From IMG/VR virus record IMGVR_UViG_3300045018_000072, positions 1 to 34,098 of that record: a stretch of DNA of 34,098 nt; one strand, written 5' to 3'. This document shows positions 25,481-32,725 of this stretch, one piece after another. Source of the DNA: a virus. Its lineage: Duplodnaviria; Caudoviricetes. Both the position numbers and the translations under genes were made by a program. The notes beneath the pieces were generated by a model, which was not told where the DNA came from, did not search any database, and saw only the letters and a list, made by a program, of their open reading frames with translations. How positions within the stretch are numbered: position 1 is the first letter of the stretch; each line of letters opens with the position of its first letter.

Positions 25481-27022
25481 TCACCACCGCCCCATGAGCT
25501 GGCTTGCACCGATGGGGATCACGGCCCCGAAGTTCTCGTCGGCGTGAGCCCGCGCGATGAGAAGGGCGGCAAGGCGGTCGCCCATATGCTTGTCCGGCGC
25601 ATAGTAGAGGATGTCCTGGATGAGCTTCGCGACCTCTCCGCTCGCGGGTTGCCCGTTGATGCTTGGGATCTCCCAGAGGCCCTGTTCAAGCTCGACGGCG
25701 AACTTCTCGAACTCGAACTGCAACGACGCCTGGCCCGAGCCAGTCGTGTGCGGCCGGACCAGAGCTGTCGTGAGCCAGCGCGCGGTCTGCAAAAGCAAAT
25801 CCTGCGTCGCGTTGTTCTCGACCCAGAAGATCGGGCTGTAGCGGGCGTTGTGGTCCGCGATCCGCTGCACCATTTCCGGCGCGGTCCACTTGCCTCCCTC
25901 GACGCAGAGCAGACGCCGGGTACGATTGCGCCGTACCAGGAGCGACACCATCGCCGCGTCGTCCGCCGCGGCGCGACGCGACGCGGCCAGGTCCATGCCC
26001 ACGAGGATGAGCCCGTCGCCGTCGCCCTCGCGCTTGAGGTCCACCGCGGACAGCGCAACCCCGCCGCGACCGTCCGAAGTCCGCGTCCCCTTGTGCAGCG
26101 CAGCATCGATCCACGCGCGCTTGACCCGCGATGTTGCTTCGTCGTGCGGCTCGTTCAGGAGTTGCCGCGCGAACTCCCAACTGCCGATCTCCTGCCGCTT
26201 GGCCTCCAGGCGGGCGAGCGGCCACTGCTCGGGCCAGAGCGGCGTGCCGTCCGCGACGATGGCTCTGTCCACAATGGCGGGCCAGCCCTCGCGCATGAAC
26301 GTGTGCGGCACGTCGTCGGGATGCCAGGACGTGCCGATCAGAACGGCGCGTGCGTCGGCCGTGAGTCGCCCCAGGAGCGTGGCCTTGATCCAGCCCACGG
26401 CGTCCGCGCGTCCGGCCGGTGTGCGCGTGTTCTCGTAGTCACACACGTCGTCCATCACGAGCCAGTCGAGCCGGGTCCCGAGCACGGAGCCGTGGACGCC
26501 GAACGCCTGGATGCTGTAGTCCTTGATGCCCACGGCGCGGCCGGCCAGATTGATTGCACTGCCTGTCCACGGCTCGCCGGGCCGGAGAGACGGGAACACG
26601 CGCCGGAGCTTCTCGTTGCGCGCCACGTGGTCCCGGATTGCTCCGAGCACCTTGGCCGCCTGGGAGTACGTGTTGCAGCACAGGCCGGCCCGCAGGTTCG
26701 GGTTTCGGCCGAGTTCCCAGAGCGTCCGGGCAATGGCGAGCTGCTCCGTCTTCGCGTGCTCGATGGGCGCCAGGATCACTGACCGCGGATGCGCGGAGAC
26801 GAGCGCTTGCCAGCGCCGATGACAGTCCGCGTTGCGCCACGGTCGCTTCTTCTGATCGGCGAAGCAGAACTGCGTGAGTGCGTCCAGGTCGTCGCGGGAC
26901 TCCTCGGTTGCCTCGTCCTCGCACGCAGCCAGCACGGCCTCGTGCTCCGCGAGGAAGTCGGACTCGCCACACCACTGCGTCTTCTCTTGCGGGGAGCCCC
27001 TGAGACGATGCCGGCGGGCCAT
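25481..27022 (-). CDS. terL: Terminase large subunit
   Basis: 513 aa. Walker A-like APIEHAKTE, Walker B LVMDD, coupling motif IGTSW, LWPEQWP, and nuclease acidic motifs VGMDLA, WVENN and HMGDRL. Confidence 0.92.
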   Translation of the reverse strand: MARRHRLRGSPQEKTQWCGESDFLAEHEAVLAACEDEATEESRDDLDALTQFCFADQKKRPWRNADCHRRWQALVSAHPRSVILAPIEHAKTEQLAIARTLWELGRNPNLRAGLCCNTYSQAAKVLGAIRDHVARNEKLRRVFPSLRPGEPWTGSAINLAGRAVGIKDYSIQAFGVHGSVLGTRLDWLVMDDVCDYENTRTPAGRADAVGWIKATLLGRLTADARAVLIGTSWHPDDVPHTFMREGWPAIVDRAIVADGTPLWPEQWPLARLEAKRQEIGSWEFARQLLNEPHDEATSRVKRAWIDAALHKGTRTSDGRGGVALSAVDLKREGDGDGLILVGMDLAASRRAAADDAAMVSLLVRRNRTRRLLCVEGGKWTAPEMVQRIADHNARYSPIFWVENNATQDLLLQTARWLTTALVRPHTTGSGQASLQFEFEKFAVELEQGLWEIPSINGQPASGEVAKLIQDILYYAPDKHMGDRLAALLIARAHADENFGAVIPIGASQLMGRW

Positions 27023-27056
27023 GGATCAGGCCCCTATGGGCAGAGAGCGGAGTGGC

Positions 27057-27185
27057 TCAGGTCCCGGAACTGCGCGCGCCCGCCGCCGCCCTCGCGCCTC
27101 CGCCCTTGCCGCCCTTGCCGCCCTTGCCGCCCTTGCCGCCCTTGCCGCCCTTGCCGCCCTTGCCGCTTGCTGTCTTCTTGGCCAT
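27057..27185 (-). CDS. 42-aa Gly/Lys-repeat peptide MAKKTAS(GKG)7GGARAAAGARSSGT
   Basis: SD AGGAG lies 7 nt upstream of the ATG at 27185. The ORF starts 4 nt after the previous stop and ends 34 nt before terL. Absent from the ORF track because of its size. Confidence 0.75.
   Translation of the reverse strand: MAKKTASGKGGKGGKGGKGGKGGKGGKGGGARAAAGARSSGT
27102..27164. repeat. Perfect tandem repeat, 7 x 9 bp (GCCCTTGCC; GGCAAGGGC on the minus strand)
   Basis: Read directly from the sequence. The unit is codon-length and encodes Gly-Lys-Gly. Confidence 0.97.
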
Positions 27186-27189
27186 CGCA

Positions 27190-27663
27190 CTACTCCTGCC
27201 GCCTCAATGGCAGCGCAAGATCATTCGACGCCGCATCGGGCTTGCTTGTCAAGAATCGAATGCTCGCCTCCGGAAGGGCAATCCCTTCCTGTCTCGCCAC
27301 GGTCAGGCCGTCGAGGTACTTGTCCCCACACCAGCCTTTCGCGCACAAGAACGCCTCTTTCTGCTCGCGCGACTGAAAGCACAAGCAGCACCAATACTCG
27401 GAATCCGTTGCCGCCACGAATCGCCGGATGTCCTGCGCTCGGCGTTCGGCGAATGCCCGCTGCACGGCATTCAGCTCCGCCTTGCAATCGGCCTCCGTGT
27501 TGTTGGTCCGGACCACTCCCGCGAGAGGATCTGGTCGCGCGGGCGCCAGAACCACCGCTCCATCGTCGGAGCCAAAGTCGGTCTGTGCCAATGCCGCGAG
27601 CGCCGCATCGTTGCCGAGACGACGCAATGCCTCGATGTCAGGGTCAGCGTCGGGAGCACTCAT
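27190..27663 (-). CDS. Hypothetical protein, partner of the PP-loop enzyme (157 aa)
   Basis: ATG at 27663 with SD GGAGGT overlaps the end of the upstream gene. Contains the motif-like block TDSEYWCCLCFQSREQKEAFL...GDKYLDG. Confidence 0.7.
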   Translation of the reverse strand: MSAPDADPDIEALRRLGNDAALAALAQTDFGSDDGAVVLAPARPDPLAGVVRTNNTEADCKAELNAVQRAFAERRAQDIRRFVAATDSEYWCCLCFQSREQKEAFLCAKGWCGDKYLDGLTVARQEGIALPEASIRFLTSKPDAASNDLALPLRRQE

Positions 27664-28351
27664 AGCGAAACACCTCCAGGTCTGCCATCGGGAACCACTC
27701 CAGGATGCGAGCATAATCTCGTGGATACCACTGCTTGATGCCGTAGAGGAAACGAAAGTCGAGCCCGTCGAAGCTCCGGCCGAAGATGCGGTACTCGGCC
27801 GGAAGCCTCGTTCCGCAGCGGTGAATCAGGTCCACTACCGCCGCCTTGTTCATGTCCCACACCGGGAAGTACGTGTGCTTCTTTCGCCGAATCGGGCCGT
27901 ACTTCGTGAACGCCATGCGGCGCTGTATATTGTCGCAGGCCCGAGTCCCGACCGCGTTCCACGGGGAGACAGACAGGCCCACGTCTTCCGCCACGTCGTC
28001 CCGCACGTCGTCATCCGAGAACCGCGCCAAGCGGCACGCCGCGATGATCGGGCCGCGCTCCGGCGGCTGAAACACTCGGTTGCGGAGCATCCGATACAGG
28101 GATGGGTGCGGAACGCGGATAATGTGACAACGAAAGAACTGCTCATAGTAGTGCAGTCCCTCTTCGACGAACTCCAGGTCGGGCACCAGGTACTTGTAGA
28201 ACGGGATCACCTCGTCGAAGACGGGGCGAAGCACCAACCACGCCGCGAGCGAGTCCTTGCCGCAGGAGAAGGCCAGCAGGGTCCGCGGTGTTTCCGTTCG
28301 CACCTGTCGCGCGACTTCTAGGCCAGTCGGCCATTGCGGCGCGAGGTTCAT
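27644..28351 (-). CDS. PP-loop (adenine nucleotide alpha hydrolase) protein, PAPS-reductase-like
   Basis: LLAFSCGKDSLAAW (PP-loop SxGKDS), AVGTRACDNIQRR (GxRxxD/E..R) and FPVWDM (P..DW-like). Confidence 0.85.
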   Translation of the reverse strand: MNLAPQWPTGLEVARQVRTETPRTLLAFSCGKDSLAAWLVLRPVFDEVIPFYKYLVPDLEFVEEGLHYYEQFFRCHIIRVPHPSLYRMLRNRVFQPPERGPIIAACRLARFSDDDVRDDVAEDVGLSVSPWNAVGTRACDNIQRRMAFTKYGPIRRKKHTYFPVWDMNKAAVVDLIHRCGTRLPAEYRIFGRSFDGLDFRFLYGIKQWYPRDYARILEWFPMADLEVFRYECSRR

Positions 28352-28923
28352 GCTGTCTTCTCCGTCGCCTCGGGCGCGCCCCCCACGATGAGCCGCAGCC
28401 GCTCCTTGGCCCGCTCCCGCACGTGGGGAGGCAAGGAGTCGAGCCGCTCCTGGAGCGCAAGCCAGCGCCGTTCGCGTGCCTCCGGAGTGTCCGCCTGCAA
28501 GGCCACTCGCTGGTCTGGCTCGCCGTGGAGGAACGCATACAGCCGCATGAGCTTGTCGATCATGGGCACGAGGTCAGACGGCTCAATATCCCTCGGGTCA
28601 AGCGGCTCCACCTTCCAGACGCCGCCCTCCTTCACGCCCGAGACGCGCTGTATAATCTTGCTGACCAGTGCATCGATCAGCAGCAGAGCGCGGTCCTTGG
28701 CCTTGAGTAGCCGGTCTTCCGTCGCGCGCTGGCCTGCTGCGGTGAATCGCCGCAGTCGCACTATGAGCGGCTCGATGCCGCGAGAAGGGTCGCCATGGAG
28801 AATGTACTTGCGGACCGTGTTCTCGTTGACCTTGCATGCTCGGCGGACATGTTCCATGGTGGGGTGTTCGCAGTAGGCCGCGAACATTTCCTCTATCCGG
28901 GCGGGTGTCAGCTTCTCAGCCAT
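28348..28923 (-). CDS. Putative terminase small subunit
   Basis: 191 aa with an N-terminal HTH-like segment (MEHVRRACKVNENTVRKY), a helical middle and LHGEPD. First gene of the packaging operon. Positional inference. Confidence 0.6.
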   Translation of the reverse strand: MAEKLTPARIEEMFAAYCEHPTMEHVRRACKVNENTVRKYILHGDPSRGIEPLIVRLRRFTAAGQRATEDRLLKAKDRALLLIDALVSKIIQRVSGVKEGGVWKVEPLDPRDIEPSDLVPMIDKLMRLYAFLHGEPDQRVALQADTPEARERRWLALQERLDSLPPHVRERAKERLRLIVGGAPEATEKTA

Positions 28924-28929
28924 GGGCGC

Positions 28930-29406
28930 CTATCCGCGGCTCGCACGACGTGGGATCAAGGCGCGGGTCGAGAGAGAGCGTCTCGGCAAGGACTCCCCTC
29001 CAGGGGGCGACGGCGTGCGCGTTGGTGTCGCGCCGTGTCGTCGCTGAGGGCGGGGCAGAGGACGCCCTACTCCGCCCGCCCCCGGAGGCGAGCTCCTGCC
29101 GAAACCCATGTTCTCCTGTAGCCTGCTCTCTTACGGGGCTGTGGTGTGGAACGCGGCCGTTCCGCCCTCGTGGCAGGTCAGTCGAGCGCATGTCGCCCGT
29201 GAACGCAAGGCGGTGAGTCGTGTCCGGCGTCCTGTTTCGGACCTCCCCCCGCAAGCAGACGCGACGGCCTCGGGCGCACCATCGCCCGAGTTGCCGCAGC
29301 ACCGTCGCACCGCACCGCCGCCACTTGTCATTCACGAACCGCCCGGCCACTTGTGCCCGTTCTTGGGGCCGTGCTGACAGCGCGTTGGCGCGACCGGGTA
29401 CGCGCC
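28930..29406 (-). ncRNA. Candidate structured leader or ncRNA upstream of putative terS
   Basis: Begins at the predicted +1 of a sigma70-like promoter. Contains multiple hairpins and a ~126-nt multibranch stem at 28980-29105. Confidence 0.45.
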
Positions 29407-29412
29407 GAACAC

Positions 29413-29442
29413 AGGATACGAGCGCACGGGATCGGCTGTCAA
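29413..29442 (-). promoter_or_regulatory. Putative sigma70-type promoter for the packaging/late operon
   Basis: TTGACA (29437-29442) - 18 nt - TATCCT (29413-29418). Confidence 0.6.
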
Positions 29443-29481
29443 GCGACCGGCGGATGGAGCGCAACTCGGCGGCGTGGTCAG

Positions 29482-30714
29482 TCATGCGGCCGGCTCCAGA
29501 TCATCGAACGCCGCCCCGTCCTCGCGCGTCGCCTTCCTGCCTGTGAGCCGCTGCCAGCGACGGATGATCACGTCGCAGTAGTGCGGGTCAAGTTCGACAA
29601 GGCGCGCAATGCGACCCAGTTGCTCCGCCGCGATGAGGGTCGTTCCCGAGCCCGCGAACACGTCAAGAATCGTCTGGCCGCGCGTCGAAAGCCTCTTGAT
29701 CATCCATCCCCACAGAGCTACCGGCTTTGGGCATGGGTGGTCTATGTCGGCGGCATTGGCGGGCACATTGAGATTCAGCGCATCGGGCCAAGATCCTCGC
29801 CCGGCGCGCGACCTCGGATCTTTACCATAGGCCAGGAATGGGGTCCAGCAGTTGAAACCCCATGGTGACGGAAACGGACCTGCACCATAGAACCAACAAA
29901 GCACCCAATCGGGACACGGATATAACCATTGCTCTCTTATCCCACACGAGAAAACAACGGCATGTGCCGCCTCGCGTGCGAGCGGCAGCCACCTTGCCGC
30001 GAGCGCACGTGCGGCCTCCTCTGAATCGTCAAATGATCTATATCCCAGGCCCACGCCGTACGGCGGATCCGTCAGGCAAACATCAGCGGTTTCCCCACTC
30101 ATGGATTTTGCAACAGCGGCCGGATCGGTGCAGTCCGCGCACAAAAGCCGGTGCCGCCCGAGCATCCACAGGTCGCCCGGTCGCGAAACCGTGGCCTCCT
30201 GCGCAGCCGGAGCCTCGTCCTCGGCCGTCGGGCCATCCGGCTCCGACGCCTCGGACGTTGTCGCCGCCTGCGCCAGTTCGTCCATGAGCACGTCGAGCCG
30301 CAGCGGCCCGAGGTCTACTTCCTGTGACGCAAGCTCCTCAAGTTGCCTGAGCGCGTCTTCCGTAAACTCGCCGCCGATGCTCGGGTTGTTCGCTGCGATG
30401 TTCGCCTGCCGCTCCGTCTGTTCATCCCAGTCCACCACGCGCACGGAGAAGCGCTCACCCGTGGCAGGGTGTTCTATCCAGCGCCGCTCGCCGTCCACGA
30501 TCCATTCGGTCGCCCCGGCCGCGCGTAGTTGCGCAATGCGCTGGTGTCCCGTGACCAGGTGCCCGGTGCGCCTGTTCCATGTGATGCCCGCGATGTCACC
30601 AAAGCGGCGCAGGCTCTCCCCGAGTCCGGCCGCGGCTTCGGCGGTGATCCGCCGCGGGTTGCGCGGGTCGGGAGCGAGGTCGGCGATGTCCCGCGAAGTC
30701 TGTTCCCTTCTCAC
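29482..30714 (-). CDS. ParB-like N-terminal domain fused to an N6-adenine/N4-cytosine DNA methyltransferase (beta class)
   Basis: GTG at 30714 is coupled to the upstream stop. Motifs PDPRNPR, LVTGHQR, GDLWMLGRHRLLCAD, TDPPY, HPCPKP, LDVFAGSGTT and ELDPHYCDVIIRRW. Confidence 0.92.
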   Translation of the reverse strand: MRREQTSRDIADLAPDPRNPRRITAEAAAGLGESLRRFGDIAGITWNRRTGHLVTGHQRIAQLRAAGATEWIVDGERRWIEHPATGERFSVRVVDWDEQTERQANIAANNPSIGGEFTEDALRQLEELASQEVDLGPLRLDVLMDELAQAATTSEASEPDGPTAEDEAPAAQEATVSRPGDLWMLGRHRLLCADCTDPAAVAKSMSGETADVCLTDPPYGVGLGYRSFDDSEEAARALAARWLPLAREAAHAVVFSCGIREQWLYPCPDWVLCWFYGAGPFPSPWGFNCWTPFLAYGKDPRSRAGRGSWPDALNLNVPANAADIDHPCPKPVALWGWMIKRLSTRGQTILDVFAGSGTTLIAAEQLGRIARLVELDPHYCDVIIRRWQRLTGRKATREDGAAFDDLEPAA

Positions 30715-30962
30715 TTCTCGCTCCCTGGCTTTGATCTGCGAACCGACAAGCAACTGGCCACAAGCGCGTTGGCCCTCGCTACGGCCAGGGCCTTGGCGGC
30801 CTCGGCCAGCTTGCCGGACAACTCCGCAATCATGTCAGTGTCTTTGTCCTCGATGAAGACTGCGCGCATGATGGCCCCAGCCATCCGGCGCACCCTCTCC
30901 CCGGCCTCGTATACTGGATCTCGCGGCGTTGTCGCTTTTGCCGCCGCTGCCCCGCGAGCCAT
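30711..30962 (-). CDS. Hypothetical protein (83 aa)
   Basis: SD GGGAG; helical and Ala-rich. The stop overlaps the MTase start. Confidence 0.6.
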   Translation of the reverse strand: MARGAAAAKATTPRDPVYEAGERVRRMAGAIMRAVFIEDKDTDMIAELSGKLAEAAKALAVARANALVASCLSVRRSKPGSEK

Positions 30963-31029
30963 TCTCCCCCCGATGCGCCTCCCCCGTGGCGCGTGTTCAT
31001 TCTACCGCCGTGGCGCCCCGGCGTCCACC

Positions 31030-31206
31030 TCAGCCCCTTTCCGCCAGGATCTCCTCTACCGTCGCCTCGTCGTTCAAGATGGCGAGTATGTCGTGCGGGA
31101 ACAGCTCCGCGCCGCACCTGCATGCCCAGAGCGACAGGTAGTTCGCGTTGCGGTCGTCCTCCGAGTCCACGTAGACCTCGTGCCAGAAGTGCCGATGCTC
31201 GCTCAT
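31030..31206 (-). CDS. Hypothetical 58-aa protein (MSEHRHFWHEVYVDSEDDRNANYLSLWACRCGAELFPHDILAILNDEATVEEILAERG)
   Basis: ATGA overlap with the upstream stop. HxH and CxC could bind metal. Below the ORF-track cut-off. Confidence 0.6.
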   Translation of the reverse strand: MSEHRHFWHEVYVDSEDDRNANYLSLWACRCGAELFPHDILAILNDEATVEEILAERG

Positions 31207-31793
31207 TGCGCGTCGCGCTCCGCGAAGACCTCTTCTATCGTCGCACAGCGCGGGCCGCGCTTCGCCTTCCGCTTCGACGGCTCAATGCCCTTCCGCCGCG
31301 CCGCTTCCATGAGCATGTCCGCTTCCTGTCGAGCACGCCGTTGCCGCCAGCCCCAATAGCGGGCGGCAGCCCGCATGACGCGCGCGAGCCCGGCCAGCAC
31401 CTCGCCCTCTTCATAGAACTCCTGGAGGGCCTTCTCGTTGTCCTCCTGGCACCACCGCAGGAGATCGATTCGCTCTCCCGGCTGCCCGCCGTAACGCCGC
31501 TCGTACCACGCGCCCGGCGTGAGCAGCAGCGCCAGCGGCTTGCGCGGCGCATCGGGCGGACTCCACGGATGCGGGCGCTTGCCGAGGGCGATGACGACGC
31601 AGTCGCAGTAGCCGCCGAATCGGGGCTTCACTCGTGCGACCTCTACGAGATCGGCCCGGCTTCCGTGCTTTCGCGGACGGATGTTCGTATCCGCCTTGGC
31701 GGCGCACAGATCTTCAAAATGCTCGCTGCGCCAGGCCGACAGCTTGATCCGGCCTGGCCCGCTCAGCGTGAGCGGCTTCTGCTTGTCCTTCAT
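31203..31793 (-). CDS. Hypothetical basic protein (196 aa)
   Basis: ATG at 31793 is coupled to the RusA-like stop, with protein-like composition. Its position after rusA is where late regulators often lie (inference only). Confidence 0.6.
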   Translation of the reverse strand: MKDKQKPLTLSGPGRIKLSAWRSEHFEDLCAAKADTNIRPRKHGSRADLVEVARVKPRFGGYCDCVVIALGKRPHPWSPPDAPRKPLALLLTPGAWYERRYGGQPGERIDLLRWCQEDNEKALQEFYEEGEVLAGLARVMRAAARYWGWRQRRARQEADMLMEAARRKGIEPSKRKAKRGPRCATIEEVFAERDAQ

Positions 31794-32239
31794 GCCGGCC
31801 CTCCGCACCCGCGCAACCACGCGGGCCCCATCGGTCCAAGCGCCTCTATTGCCGCCACGTACTCGCGCCACTCCGAGACCGAATAGACCTGGACCTCGAC
31901 AGGCGGCCCCGCGTCCGTCGCCCGGTGCACGTGGTGGTCTACCACGTCCTCATCGCCTGTGACCCGCCCCTCTCCGCGCCTGCCGCCGGGCTCGACGCGG
32001 CCGAAGAGAATGCCCTGGCAGGCGTCTTCGAGCACCTTGACGGCGTTGCTCGCGTCCGCGCCACCTCTCACGATCCAAAGGACGCAGACCTTGCCCTGGA
32101 GGCACGGCCCCTCGCGGAAGAGACGCCACTCTGTCGCGAGCGCCTGCTTGACCGCGCCCATGCCCCGGACCGGGCGCGTCTGCCGATTCACCGTTCGCGC
32201 AAGCGGGGCGAGCGGTGTCTCAATGCGGGAGCGAGTCAT
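31790..32239 (-). CDS. RusA-like Holliday junction resolvase
   Basis: ADASNAVKVLEDACQGILF matches the RusA D-x2-N-x2-K-x3-D motif, followed by GDEDVV after a short insertion. ATGA-coupled start. Confidence 0.72.
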   Translation of the reverse strand: MTRSRIETPLAPLARTVNRQTRPVRGMGAVKQALATEWRLFREGPCLQGKVCVLWIVRGGADASNAVKVLEDACQGILFGRVEPGGRRGEGRVTGDEDVVDHHVHRATDAGPPVEVQVYSVSEWREYVAAIEALGPMGPAWLRGCGGPA

Positions 32240-32388
32240 TGTCGCCGCCTCTGCTTCCGTCTGGCTTTCCGCGCTGCCCGGGCCGCTGCCTTGCGCCGCC
32301 TTGTCTTGTGCCTGGTGTCTTCTCTCACCATACAGGTGCGGCGACTGTCGCACTTCAGCGGACTCGGCTGCCGGCTCCTCCTACTCAT
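32236..32388 (-). CDS. Small Arg/Lys-rich peptide (50 aa)
   Basis: SD GGGGAGG; sequence MSRRSRQPSPLKCDSRRTCMVREDTRHKTRRRKAAARAARKARRKQRRRQ. Overlaps both neighbours in coupled fashion. Confidence 0.55.
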   Translation of the reverse strand: MSRRSRQPSPLKCDSRRTCMVREDTRHKTRRRKAAARAARKARRKQRRRQ

Positions 32389-32725
32389 GGTCGCCTCCCC
32401 GCTGTCTGCACTCCCTCACTTTGCCCCATCCTCTCCCGCTGTACCCCACTTCCCAGCACTCGCCCGCCATCCCGTGCCACTCCGCCGCCGCCTCGACAGC
32501 GGCACGCGCGCTCGTTCGCGGATCGCGTTGCTGCTCGCACGAGTAGCGGGACCAGCGCGGGATCACGCCGCCGATACCGCAGGCTCCAGAGCGCGGGTTG
32601 ACCGCCTCCGGATCGAACCCGCTCTCCACGTGCAGGCATCGGTGCCAGAGCCGCGCGCAGACGGGGGCCGGGAGGGCGGAGAAACATTCCGTCACGAGCC
32701 ACAATGCTGCCAGCAGGCTACTCAT
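32381..32725 (-). CDS. Lytic transglycosylase (SLT-like), possible lysin
   Basis: HVESGFDPEAVNPRSGACGIGGV resembles the SLT ES...P.A....GA.GLMQ motif. Hydrophobic N-terminus; 114 aa; ATGA-coupled to the MTase stop. Confidence 0.65.
   Translation of the reverse strand: MSSLLAALWLVTECFSALPAPVCARLWHRCLHVESGFDPEAVNPRSGACGIGGVIPRWSRYSCEQQRDPRTSARAAVEAAAEWHGMAGECWEVGYSGRGWGKVRECRQRGGDHE

Noticed and set aside
515-26782. Many long plus-strand ORFs (for example 515-1753, 6873-8861, 10799-12502, 14241-15998, 25406-26782)
   Set aside because: They are antisense shadows of well-supported minus-strand genes. High GC suppresses stop codons, and the translations are Arg/Ala/His-rich with no motifs or RBS.
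27102-27164. Tandem repeat as a CRISPR array, or as the plus-strand LPP or ALA repeat proteins
   Set aside because: There are no spacers and the unit is only 9 bp. Only the minus-strand GKG reading has an SD and fits the operon direction.
29225-29245. GTCC-GAAACA-GGAC hairpin as part of a hammerhead ribozyme
   Set aside because: No CUGANGA core was found at a compatible position.
28916-29485. 189-aa ORF that exactly fills the MTase-terS gap
   Set aside because: Although coupled at both ends, its composition is Arg/Ser/Pro-rich with no motif, and it overlies a promoter and dense hairpins. It is treated as probably non-coding but is not fully excluded.
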